Both the position numbers and the translations under genes were made by a program. Under the pieces are notes generated by a model, which was not told the DNA's origin, ran no database searches, and saw nothing but the letters and a program-made list of their open reading frames with translations. Below are positions 37,585 through 48,960 of a stretch of DNA of 64,000 bases, piece after piece; positions within the stretch are counted from its first letter, which is position 1; each line of letters opens with the position of its first letter. The stretch is from contig NC_087447.1 of NCBI RefSeq assembly GCF_036321535.1, positions 36,210,001-36,274,000 on the forward strand, read 5' to 3'. Source of the stretch: Camelus dromedarius. Lineage: Eukaryota.

Positions 37585-37920
37585 GTCTTTGCCTGAACAT
37601 TCCCTCCCCCGGATAGCTTCTCTTCATTCCTCAGCAGCTCAAATGTCACTTCCTCAGGGAAATTTCCCTGACTGCCAAGATAGTTTAGGGTCCCTGTGTA
37701 TATTCTTATAGCAACTCTTACCTTTAATAGCCTTGTCACAATAATAATTATCTTGCTTTGTTTTTAATCTCTCTCTCCCTGACTAGGCTATACCCTCTAT
37801 GAGTGTAGGGCTCTATGAGTATAGGAACGGTGTTTATCTTCTGTTGCTCCAGGCATATACTAAGCCTTAATAAATGCTTGAATGTTTGACTGTTTGGATG
37901 GATGCTAATGAGTGAATTAG
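37585..37920 (+). mobile_element. L2 3' end
   Basis: 'cagctcaaatgtcacttcctcagggaaatttccctgac...taataaatgcttgaatg'. Confidence 0.8.
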
Positions 37921-38078
37921 AAGTGTGTGTGGGCTGCTGGGTGGTGCTGTTTTCTGATTGCCTGCAGAACCGGGAGCGCTGTCCCTTACTGCCAAGGGCA
38001 TCGGGAGAAGAGAGAAAGGAGACCCAGTTGATGCTGCTGGTATAGCCACAAGCCAGAGGGTATGGTCAGCTTCGCTGG

Positions 38079-38094
38079 GCGTCCTCTAGTGGCC
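38079..38094 (-). promoter_or_regulatory. CTCF-like motif
   Basis: Minus strand GGCCACTAGAGGACGC versus consensus GGCCACYAGRGGGCGC (1 mismatch). Confidence 0.55.
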
Positions 38095-38319
38095 TCCTGC
38101 GTGGCGGGGTCAGCAGCCACATGCAACCAACCGTTCATTCCTGGCTTGGCAGAATCAGCTCTGACAATTTAGTAGGGGTGGATAGAGAGGAGCCTCCTTG
38201 AGTCATTATCGGCAAGAGAATTCAAGGTCAGCACTCTTTGGCGGGGAGAGGACAGCATCCTCAGTCACCTGCAACCTGGTCTTCATAGTCAGTGGGCACT
38301 TGCGGCAACGCTGTAAGGT

Positions 38320-39420
38320 CAGCTGGTGGCTGGCTGGGCGCCTAAGCAGCGCTGCTGTTAGGCGCAGGTCCTGCCCCCTCCGCCGGTTTCCCTCCGCCTT
38401 CTCCATCTTCCTACACACTCCCGCTTGCAGCATCCTCTGCAAGGAGAGGAATGTGCGGCGCTCGGACGCGCCGTCCTGGCGGAGCGGCGGCACCCGGGGT
38501 CTGCCGTCTGGCGCTGCGCCACGTGCTTTGATCCGCGCTGATGTCAAGTGGGTGTGGGCTCTTAGGGAAGGCTGGGCGAGGACGAGGAGGGCGCGCGATG
38601 CGCCGCGGGCGCGGTGAGGCCCCAGCGCGCTCCGCCGCCCAGCGCTGCTGACCGGTGGCCGGCCCCGGCTCGCGGAGCGGGTGCATGGAGTCGCGGCGCT
38701 GCCCGCTCGGGGACGCCTGTCCCGCCGCCCTGGGCGGCTGGCGGGGACCGCCGCGGGGGTGCTGCAGGTGTGTCCTCGCGCCGTAACTTTCGGGGGGCTG
38801 CGGGCTGTTGGGCGGGCAGGGCGCAGAGTGCACCGGCTGCATTTGGGGGTGCTTTTGTGCCTGGGCGCTGGCGTGACGGGAGCCGGTGCGTCCCCAGCCC
38901 GCCATGCGCGTGGGAGCCGCAGCTCGCCGCTGGAGTTTTCAGCGAGAGAATTCATTGAGCCGGCGCCCGGCTTTGGGTTACTCATTGGGAAGGACGCCGA
39001 GGGAGCTGCGTTGTTGTTTTGAGAATTGGTCTCCAAGTACAGCCTGCATTCATGGTAACAGGATTATCTCTCAGCAGACAGCGCGGCTTCCCGAAATCGG
39101 CTGTGGTTGGGGGCACCAGTCGGTTGGGGTGCGGGGGAGGAGGAGTGAGCTGAGGCGACCTCGCCACGCGTTACGCCCGGAGTGCGGGGGGCGCCGGCCC
39201 CTTCCCCCACCTCTTCTAGCCGGGAACCAGCTAAGGGGGAGGTAAGGGGTCCGCCTCTCGTCATTGACAGGTCTGGTTTCAGACACACCTTCCCGGAGGA
39301 ATGCGGAGGCTTTGTTCCAGGAGCTCGTCCCAGCCCCGAGCCCAGAAGCCCGCGGGCATGGGGCAGGGACTCCAGTGCCATTACTCATCTTTTATGGCTA
39401 CGCTGGCGAGCTCCCGGGTA
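38320..39420. promoter_or_regulatory. CpG island, probable intragenic alternative promoter
   Basis: About 1.1 kb of very GC- and CpG-dense, repeat-free sequence; E-box CACGTG 38520-38525, CRE-like TGATGTCA 38539-38546, KLF/SP GGGTGTGGG 38550-38558; + strand donor-like sites after 38613, 38767 and 39241. Confidence 0.9.
38685..38767 (+). CDS. Candidate coding part of an alternative first exon: MESRRCPLGDACPAALGGWRGPPRGCC plus 2 nt (phase 2)
   Basis: ATG with +4 G in the CpG island core, open to donor CAG|GTGTGT (8/9 consensus); unspliced frame stops at TAA 38784-38786. No transcript or homology evidence available. Confidence 0.35.
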
Positions 39421-39438
39421 GGCAAGTTAATTATTAAT
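39391..39438. promoter_or_regulatory. CDX-type and HNF1-type motif pair
   Basis: TTTATGGC at 39391-39398 (= GCCATAAA) and GTTAATTATTAAT at 39426-39438 (12/13 to GTTAATNATTAAC). Confidence 0.45.
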
Positions 39439-41749
39439 GTGTCTGGGCTGGAGGGAGGGAAACTGGAAATGAGATTGGTGGGTTGCAGGTTTTTCTTTCC
39501 CTTTTTTGGCATTGGCAATCAAGGTTTAAACCCAGGATATTGCAGCCTATTTCCTGAGAAGGATGCTGGCATTCCCCGAGTAACCGGCACTTCGCGGAAG
39601 GGGTCCCCTTTCCCCATCTGTGGGACGGTCCCTTCCCCCGAAGACAGGTTTTTATCTAGTTTGGAACCGGCCCGTACCTTTCCTCCTTTGCCTCCTGAAA
39701 CCAACCTCACTCCCACCCCCTGCCTCAGCGCAGCTTCCAGATGGCTTTCCAGGCCAGGTGTGAGAGATCGGAGTCCTCAGCCGGCAGTCTGAAGCGTTCT
39801 GAAAGTGCTTGCCTTGTCCCAGCCCCAGTGTCTGAGAACCTCCGCCCCGCTCAACAAGTGCCCTGAGGTGTATTTTCAGGCCCCTGCTCTGTAGGACTGT
39901 GGCCCCAGGCTTAAGTGTGTGCCAGGTGGTCACCTGACCTGCTTCTCCCAGATCCCTCTGCGCCAAGAGGAAGGAGGAGGTCAAGGTGGGGAAGGGCTGG
40001 GGGCGGAGTTCGCTGTGGTTTCAGTTTCCCTCCCTGTAGGCTGGGAGAAGCTGCATTCTAAGTCTGGTAGTCTCCTGAGGTGTGCTCTGTGTGTGCTATT
40101 GAATGGGAGTGGGAGGGCCCCGGCTTAAAGGGAGGCCTGTGGATGGGTCTTGGCTTTGGGGATTGGGCTGGTTGGAGGCCTGAGGAGATTTTGCCCCGGC
40201 TAGGGCCTGGAGAGAGCTGCCAAACTCAGCCCTCCTGGTAGCACTGTGCCTTAGAGACCTCGGACAGTGCGTTTTCTTTGTCAGTTTAGGATAGAGGACT
40301 CAGCCTTTCAAACCAAAGGGTTAACAGATGTGTACAGTAAGTGTGATGAGAAGATGAGCATGTCTTGGAAGTTGACACTCTTGAGGGTACAAGAGGAGGC
40401 TGGACTAATGAGGGGAGAGGAATGTGAGTAGGGGGCTGGGCCTATGGAGATGAGGAATGTGTGGAAGGGGTGGGCTTGGGGAGGTGAGGAATGAATGCAG
40501 GGGGATTTTAGCTGTGGGCTGTCCGTTGTATCAGAGCAGTTCTCTGAGACAGGCTGTTGTGGTACCCCACATCCCTGTCTTCAATTTTCTGTCCCCTTCC
40601 TCAGGGTCTTAGCTTACTGGATTCCTCCTGGCTCTGATTTCTAGGGCTGGACTGTTCTGATGGCTGCCCAGGGACACAGACCCCATCTCACCCCAGCCTT
40701 CCGGGGAGCAAATGAGTGAAGGAGGGCTTGACTTCAGAGAGGCTGCTAATCGTGACACCCTGGGTTATTGGGGAGTCTGTGCCACCTGTCCTCCCACTGA
40801 GTTTGTGGCGTGTACACTCAATGGCACCCTTCCCTCAATACACATTCTTTTAAAGTACCACTTTCTCCAGCAGTGCCTTGAGCTGCTGGTGATCTGCTGG
40901 CACTCTGCCAGGTAAGGGTTTGGAGATAGTCCTGATTAAGAACAATTTTTGTCTCTATTATGGGAAGGCTGCCACCTAACGTCTGCTCACCTTGCAGCCC
41001 TTCTGGTTGTGGCTGAATATTCGTTGATAATGGCTGGGTCGCTGCCTGGAGAAGCTACTCAGGGTGACTGTGCAAAGAGTAGATGGGTCCATGGGGGCAC
41101 TGTGAAGTGCAGTGGTCATCAGGAATTGTGAGGTTGTGGGGAAAGTGAGGCAGTGGTTAGAAAGGCTGTGGGATTGTGGAGTGAACCACAGATCAGGGTC
41201 ACTATGAGTGGTAGAGTCGGAGGACTGAGCAGGGTTGGTTTGGAGATTCCTCCATGTGTCCTGTTCCTAATGTCCATGCTGGGCACAGTGGGTTTTGGCG
41301 AGTCCAGCATCAGCTGAGGCCTCTGTCCTAGGGTCTGATTGCCCCTGCCACCTGGGAAAGGGGGTAGCCTGTTTGTACACCAGCTCCTGGACTTCTCCCT
41401 TCCCTCTAAATGGAGGTGCTGGGTTTAATGGTAGCTGTTACTGTTTTCCTCAGCCCCAGCTCTGGCAGGGAGCCTCTTCTTGGGATGAGCAGGAGAAAGT
41501 ACCCAGGCTAAGAGAGAGGTGCTCTGAAGGTTTGTTCTGAATCACACAAGATCAAGAGGAGAAACAGAATAAAGACCCTGGCAGCCTTTGCAGTCTTGGT
41601 TGGCAAAAGCACCAGACTCCTCCATGGGATTTATACTGTCTAGTGAAGAAGAAAGAGGCTAGTTATTCCAGGCCTATGCCCTGTGGGTATCCAGGTGAGG
41701 GGAGGGAGAATGAGGTGTTAATTGAGGCAGATGGTTTCTGGCATTTTCT

Positions 41750-41925
41750 CTGCGGACTTGGGTTCAAACTCAGTCTCTGCTGTTAACTAGCTTTGTGTCC
41801 CTGGGCCTCTCCTGAGTCTCAGTTTCCTTGCCTGTTAAATAGGGACAAGGTTACCTCTCTTCACCCGCTTCCCCCACAAGATGTTTGTAAAGGATTTAAC
41901 ACAATGCTTACCAATTAACTTTGGT
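41750..41925 (+). mobile_element. MIR SINE
   Basis: 'gacttgggttcaaactcagtctctgc...ctgagtctcagtttccttgcctgttaaataggg'. Confidence 0.8.
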
Positions 41926-42269
41926 AGTTATTTTTAATCAGTTAAGGGTAAGGATCCTTGGAGCAGCAGCTGAGAGTTATTTTATTATATAGAAGATGAG
42001 AATGTCAGAAATGCCATTTTGTGCCCACCTGGGAGGCCGTATATGGACTCCTAGGGTCAGATGTGAGAACTGTCCTGGAAGGGTTTCTTCTGACTTTCAC
42101 ATTAAGCCTGTTTTCCAGTCTCACATTATTCAAAGAGGCCTTGGAGACCCATGAGTCCCTGACTGCAGGCACATAGCGCAGCTGAGCTGGAAGGGTAGCG
42201 TGCACAAACTCTTGCTAATGCAGCCATCTCTGGTCCAGCCACGATTATGGATTGTTAGTGCCAAGAACA

Positions 42270-42550
42270 ACCAGATACCTGGCACTTCTCTGTGTAACTC
42301 TGGACAAGTCCTTTTGTCTCTTTGAGCCAGTGTCCTGGGAGAGTAATAAAACCTGCCTCTCAGTTCTTATGATCAAATGGGAGAGTGTATGCAGAGCTGT
42401 AATGCAGCGTACAGGAATTACTGGTAGCTTCCTGTGTACCAGACGCTGTTCTAAGTGCTTTCATATGTTATCTCATTTAATTCTCACAATAATTTATGGT
42501 GCGCTTAATTACTGCCCACATTTTATTGACAAGGAAGTTGACTGTTAGGA
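42270..42550. mobile_element. Two adjacent MIR fragments in opposite orientation
   Basis: + strand 'tgtgtaactctggacaagtcc...tttgagcc'; - strand 'gttctaagtgctttcatatgttatctcatttaattctcacaata...cccacattttattgacaagg'. Confidence 0.7.
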
Positions 42551-44169
42551 ATTAAATTGTTATTGTTGGGTGACTGATCCCCTGTGGAAATCATGCATCT
42601 GAAGACCTCTGTCTCCCAGAGTAGGAATAACCCCAAATTTCTGCAAATACATTTGCACACTGTCTTTCTTCCATTAACCTATTCTAACATTCTGAGCTAA
42701 TTCTGCATATGTTTATGAAATGAGTAAAACAGGTCCTTATTGGTCATTTTGGTTTTTTGGTGTCCCCCTCTTGTCTTTCCTGCCTTTCATCCGTAGGCTC
42801 TGTGGGGCTTACAGACAAGGTACCTTCCTGGCTGTTACTTTTAAGTGTCATTTGTGTGGGACTGTGACCCTTTGTGTTCACTTGTTTAATGGTACCTTTG
42901 AAGAATGAGGTTGCTGATGGATCAAAGATGGTTGAGATTAGTAATGCAAGGTATGTAAAATGGATTACACATCAGCTTGCCTCAGTGCTGGGCAACACTT
43001 AGATCCTGAGGACCAAATGTATCTCCTTCTGACTTGAGTGTAATTCATGTAAATAAACTAAATGTTTGTGGATTAAAAAAAAAAAAAAAGAGGTTGCTAG
43101 TTTGACTCTGGGCAGGGGAAATGTTTGCTTTAGAGCCAACCATTAGGCTTGGAGTTTTCAAGATCCCATCTTTCTTTCTGATGGTTCTGGTTAGCTGTTT
43201 TGCCTCCTTCCCTCAGCTCCCAACCATTTGCCAGTGAGCACTCCTGTCTGAAGTTTTAAGTGTTAGGAAAAAAGGGAAGAAAGAAACGAAACACCATGTG
43301 AAAATAAGGGCTCACAGCTGGTGGTGTTTCCACACGGGTGGTGCTCATTAACAGAGAGTTATGATCATGGCCTCAAATTCACTCATTACTTTTGTAGCAT
43401 GTTTGTAGGTTAAGAAAAAGGCTGGAGCTTTGTGGACTGTTCTTTCTTTTTATGACAAGAATAACATTTATGGGTGTCTGACACCAAGGACTAAAGGTCT
43501 GGTTAGGAATAAAAAGTGAAAAGCAACTAGTGGGGCTCAGGGTATGCTTGGAAGATTCCAGAGCTCTCGTTAGTAGAGATTTTCACAGCACAGACCTGGG
43601 TGCCCTGGTTCCCACAGCAGCCTGGTGATGTCGTCACAGTGTTACTGTTCCTGTCATTTTACTGGAAAGTGGAGGGACTTACTTGAGGTCAGGTAGCTGG
43701 ATATGTAACCCTGGACACTGGACCCCAGGTCTCTGACTTTCTGACTCAGAGGCAAGCAGTCTCATTATCCTCGTAACAACTTTAATAACTTTTCCTGTTA
43801 TGTACACATGATGAAAAATGTAGACTATTATAAAGGAAGATCAAAGCAAAGGATCATGGCCCAAGTACCAGAGACAACCATTGTTTACATTTTGGTGAAT
43901 TTCTAAAGATTTTGTTTTTAGGAAGACGGAATGTTCATTTTTGTCAGTGAAGAATTGCTGGTTATTTATACATCTCCGGTGTTCCTGTCTTGGAGCAATC
44001 CCTCTTTCTGTAAGCTTTGATTCCCTACAAATTCAGGCCAAGTTCTTTGTGTGAAATACCATGCTAGGCACAGTGGAAGAGAGAAAGATGAACAAGGCAT
44101 TCCTGCCTTCAGAGAGTTTGTACGGAAGAGGGAGAGGCAGATGTGTACTGGCCCGGTTAGTCCAGGCAT

Positions 44170-44380
44170 AATAGTAATACAAACAGCGACTGTATCCCCC
44201 TCTGTCCCTGGTACTTTAGACGAGTTGTTCACACTTTATCGCCGACAGCTTTGGGAAGGAGGTATTACCCATTTTGTAACTGTAGTAACTACAAGGTTAA
44301 AAGGCCTGCCTAAGGTGATAAAACTACCATCCAAGCTGAGATTCAAATCCGGTTTTTCCATTATAAGCCCAAGTGCCCTC
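44170..44380 (-). mobile_element. MIR SINE (preceded by an antisense L2 piece, approx. 44020-44150)
   Basis: 'ggtattacccattttgtaactg...gcctgcctaaggtg...gctgagattcaaatcc'. Confidence 0.7.
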
Positions 44381-45962
44381 TCTTGAAAAACTGCTGGTAT
44401 AATAAATTTCTTAAAAGAGAAGCACAAAGCTGGAGTTCCTTGAGATGAGGGAAGGTGTGGCATATACCTCTCTGTCATTCTCTCCCATCCTTTTCTTCTG
44501 TCATCTTTTAAGATGAATGGTTCTAATTATTTTGAGTGGTATTCATTACCTTTTCCAAAAATTCCCTGCTTGGATTCTTTTGCTTATCTGCGTCACTTGA
44601 TAATGAATGTCATAATCTCAGAACTGGAAGGAAACGGAAGGGTTGTCTAGGCCTTCCTCTCTATTTTCTTATTTGGGGGAGACTGAGTCTCAGAGAAGGG
44701 AACTGACCTGGGCATACCTAACAGTTGTTAGTTGACTCAGGACCAGAACACAGGTTTTTTCACCACAGTTTCCCAAAATGTAACAGGATATGGGATAATA
44801 CAGGCATGGATATTTTTTATTTTAATAGTTTTACACATGAGTATAAATGATTTTTTAATGTGAAATTATTGTTTTTCATGTGAAATATAGCTAGAATATT
44901 AAATCTATCATTTGGCAACTACTGTTGCTTAGGATGCAGCTAAAGTCTGTGCTGTCTATTTAAAGAAAAAAGTGGAAGTGCAGGTTGGACGCGGAGGTGG
45001 TGGAATCGTGGAGGCGGTGTGTGGGCATTGTGTGGATAACATTGGGGAAACAGTGCATATACACCAGATCGCACTCTGAGAGGATTTGCTTGCCCTACCA
45101 ACTTGATTCTTTCAGGAGCAGGAGAAAGGGGGCCAGAACCTAGTGGAAACATGCTACCTGCTAGGCATTGTACCTGTGGGTCAGTATTAATGGGCTCATT
45201 GTGTGTATGTTGAGAAGGCTCAGAGAAGTTGATTAACAAGCCCATGGTCACACAGGGTAGACTGAAGAGTCAAGATTCAGATCCCAGCTTGGGCTCCTTC
45301 CATTGCACCTCCTTGCCATCAGCCACATTCCACAAGGTAGATGCGCCCTTGTTGTCTGGGGTTCTGACACCTCGTTCAGGTACCAGGCTCAAGTGGAAAT
45401 GAATGGGATTGGGTTGCTAGGTGGCTGCTGTAGCCTGCTAATTTAAACGCTGGTTTTGATAGAATTTCAAAGAATGTGCTGTATTTATAATATGCAGTAT
45501 TTATCAAATCTGACTCATGCTGGTAAGTGATAAAACCCTTATCCTGCTGCCTTTTGGCTTCTGTACACATTGTGATGACGCTGTGTGGATTGTGAGCTCT
45601 AGGAAGACATAGACTGTGCCTGTCAGTCTATCTAAAGGGCAATTAACAGATGATTTTTGAGACTGATTCATTTATCCATACTTTCAGAGTTGGAGAATCA
45701 ACCAGTAGGTTTTTACTTAGGGCAGAGGTCTGGAGGTGTGTGGGCTGCTTGCATGTTAGCTGAAGAAACCCAGTGTTGCAGGTTATGGAGAGAGCACCCC
45801 CTTTGGGAGATACTGGCTAGAACATGGGCTGTAGGCTTTTGGTCCCTCATAAAGCAGCCCAGAAGGTTCTCCTTCTCCATGGTTTAGGACCACATGGAGC
45901 ATGGTTTCTTGCACGAGGCAGGCAGTCACCACCCATCTGCTGTGCACCAAGAGCTGTGACAG

Positions 45963-46403
45963 TGCGGTAGGCCAAATGATGGCCCCGCCCCAAAAGGGGT
46001 TCATGTTCTAATCCCCAGAACCTGTCAGTATGTTACCTTATGCGGTAAAAGGGACTTTGCAGGTGTGGTTAAGTGAGAAATGGGGAGATTATGCTGGATT
46101 ATCTGAATAAGCCCAATGTAATCAGAAGGGTCCTTGTAGGAGGGTCAGAGTGAAGAGCAGGAAACATGATGACAGTAGTAGAGGTTGGAGTGATGCAGAC
46201 TCATGACCAAGGAATGTAGAAGCCTGGAAAGGCAAGGAATGGATTCTCCCCTGGAGCCTCTAGAAGGAATGCAGCCCTGTTGACACTTTGATTTTAGCTC
46301 AGTGAAACTGACTTTGGACTTCTGACCCCCAGAACTGTAAGATTGTAAATGTGTGTTATTTTGAGCTGCTAAATTTGTGATAGTTTGTTACAGCAGCAGT
46401 ACA
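45963..46403 (+). mobile_element. ERVL-MaLR solo LTR (MLT1D-like), TG...CA
   Basis: 'tatgttaccttatgcggtaaaagggactttgcaggtgtggttaag', 'gattctcccctggagcctctagaaggaatgcagccctg', 'ttgttacagcagca'; flanks GACAG/GATGG. Confidence 0.92.
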
Positions 46404-46409
46404 GATGGG

Positions 46410-46760
46410 TACTGAAGATCGGATAATGAATATAGCACAGTCCTTGCTTCAGTGGCTCTCAGTCCAGTGGGGGAGACAGGCAAATACAAAGCCAATTTTG
46501 ATAATAGTGGTAAGTATCCCAACAGGGCTGTAAACTGAGAAATCTGTAAGATAAGGGAATTCAGCCTGGGGAGATAAGGGGAGACTTCCTGGATGAGCTG
46601 ACTTCAGAGCTGCCGCTGAAGAAAAGTTGGAGTTACAGGATGAAGGGGCCAGGGAAGAGCCTTTATGGAGGAAGAAGAGCATATTCAAGGTCATCTCAGT
46701 AAGATCTGAAAACTAGGTGGAGGCTACTGGCCAGGCGTTGAAAGGCAGAAAGCTGGTTTC
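46410..46760 (-). mobile_element. L2 fragment
   Basis: 'cagtccttgcttcagtggctctcagtccagtgggggagacag...agggagacttcctgga'-type antisense L2 motifs. Confidence 0.65.
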
Positions 46761-46869
46761 ATCTAGTAGGAGGCCCTGTTGGCCCTGTTTTCAGACTAAA
46801 GCCTTGCATAGTGGGAGGTAAGATGGAAGAGTCCGGGTGCTACGCCTTCAGGGTTGTGTTAGAATAGAC

Positions 46870-47280
46870 TCAACACCATCGCAGGCACCGGCCAGCTCCT
46901 TCACCTATACTTTCCCATATAATACTCGAAACAGCAGTGAGAGGTAGACGCTATTATTTTCTTCATGTTGTGATTGAGGACGGTTAAGATTAACTAATGA
47001 GCCCAAGGCCACATAGCTCATAAATAGTGGGGCTGAAATTTGAATCCAGGCCTTCAGGTTTTAGATCCCTAGTAGTTAGTATTGTCCGCTGTGGTAGAAA
47101 AGTCACTAGACCAACGATCAGGGGACCTGAATTCTAGTGCTGGCTGTACTGCTTATTAGACTTACATCAGTCTACTCTTCGACCTCAATTTTCCCATCTG
47201 TAGAATGGGATAAGAGGCCTACTTGCTCCAGAGATGTTGTGAGCCTAAAAGAGATCCTGAAGGAATGTGTTTTGCTGTGA
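46870..47280. mobile_element. Divergent MIR pair (- strand approx. 46870-47070; + strand approx. 47090-47280)
   Basis: 'cccaaggccacatagctcataaatagtggggctgaaatttgaatccagg' and 'cctcaattttcccatctgtagaatgggataa'. Confidence 0.75.
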
Positions 47281-48149
47281 ACTCCTCTCGTCTCAGCAGA
47301 GCTTGAGACGCCTCCAGGGAGGGCCCTGCTTGTTAGTGAGCCCCATCTTGTGGTGCTCATCTTCCTTAAGGGTCATGAGGCAGGTTGGGGAATTTGGCCA
47401 CAGTGGATCATTAACGTGACCACATGGGGCAGGAGGGTGTGCATCTGTTGGGGGTGGTAGAGATAGAAAATGGGCAAGAGACAGGGGGTGGTGGCCTGTC
47501 TCAGGATACCAAGAGTGGGAGTGTAAAGTCTGGAAGAAAGAAGTGTGATCTGCATTGTGTTCCCCGCAAAGATGCTAATGTTCAAGGTGACTGAGGAGGA
47601 AACTTCCTGACATGGAAGTCGGGTGAGCAGCATATAGTGATTTGAGGCAAGCTGACGTAAGTTTGGAGCCTCAGTCTCTCCATGCATAAAATAGGCTAAT
47701 GATTCCTACTTTGCAAAGTATGTGAAAGCATCCTGCCCTTCCTGGCATATAGTGAACATTTAGTAAATAGTGACCATCTCTAAAGCTGGCAACTCAAGAC
47801 TTCTTAGGGTTAATACAATAAATTCTATTTCTTTGCAGGATTCCTCCCTTCTCCCTTGCCTTTCAGACTCACTTAGGCAGGTTGTAATTGGATGTGAAGG
47901 GAGGTCTGGCCACAGAATGAGAGACCCACGAATCTTTGAGGGGAAGACCCTGGGCTTCCCAGCGAGAAATAGTGATGAGTGGTTTTCAGGTGGCTGCAGT
48001 GGGTTTGCTGAGCCATGTTGGAAGCGAGAATATGTTCATCTTGCCAAGTGTAAGATGGAGTGGCACCGTTTTGCTTTCTGGGAATAATGGCTGTGCAGAT
48101 GAAGTAGATTTATGGCGCTGAGGTACGTCAAAGAGTAGACTCCCTTTTT

Positions 48150-48625
48150 TTTTTTTAATGCCTCCATTTTCTGATTGTTAAGGTAATGCTTATTTTAGAA
48201 TATTTGGAAAATATTTTTTAAAAAGAAAATAAAAGCATTTACTTCATACTCAGAGACAATTACTCCTAACAGTTTAGTGTATTTCCCTCCATTTTTTGAA
48301 GTGCACATATACTTTTTTTGCAAAATACATAGTTTAATATGCTTTATTCACTTAACGTCAAATCATGTGCAGTTCCCAGATTATTACGAATTCCTTAGAA
48401 TTTATTTGCTATATAGTAGTCTGTTGAGTACATGAGCAGTAGTTTTAAAATCATTCCCCATTCGTTAGTTGGGCTTTTAGATTGTGACTACTGAAATACA
48501 CATTTTAGGGGAAAATATGTATTTATGTAAAAATATTTGACTATATGTTTTGTTTGTATTTTACCATCTTCTTAGATACCTAGAACTGGAATTCTGAGAC
48601 CAAAGAATAAGTACATTTAAAAGTG
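48150..48625 (-). mobile_element. L1ME-like fragment
   Basis: 'ctcagagacaattactcctaacagtttagtgtatttccctcca', 'agatacctagaactggaatt'. Confidence 0.65.
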
Positions 48626-48829
48626 CATATGGGTGGGGATTATCAGGCTGTCCTGTTTACCTTATATTTAAAGCAAAAAAGTTGTGGCCTCCTAGGTGGT
48701 TGTGGGCCAGCTGAGTGTGGTGCCTGCTTCTGACCATTGTGCACAAGAGGCTGCCTCCTCGTCACTCAGTTGCTTCTTGGCAGGCAGTACAATAGCCCCT
48801 TGTGGCTCCCCAGTGAAATTTAAGTAATG

Positions 48830-48960
48830 GGTCAGCTTTCCAGTGCTTTCCTCTCTGTCAGGAAGTTCATCTGTGAATCTAACCTAAATCTCATCTGCTG
48901 CATTTTAAATCCTCACCCACTGCCGCCTCCCCTCAGCGGAGCGGAGCAGAGCGGAGCTGC
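48830..48960 (-). mobile_element. L3/CR1 3' fragment
   Basis: 'gtcaggaagttcatctgtgaatctaacctaaatctcatctgctgcattttaaatcc' matches the antisense CR1 3' motif. Confidence 0.65.

Noticed and set aside
38206..39036. 276-aa - strand ORF and other overlapping ORFs in the CpG island
   Set aside because: Ala/Arg/Pro/Gly-rich, open in several frames on both strands because stop codons are rare in GC-rich DNA; no recognisable domain
2464..45520. About 8 AP-1 heptamers (TGASTCA)
   Set aside because: Matches the chance expectation of ~8 for 64 kb
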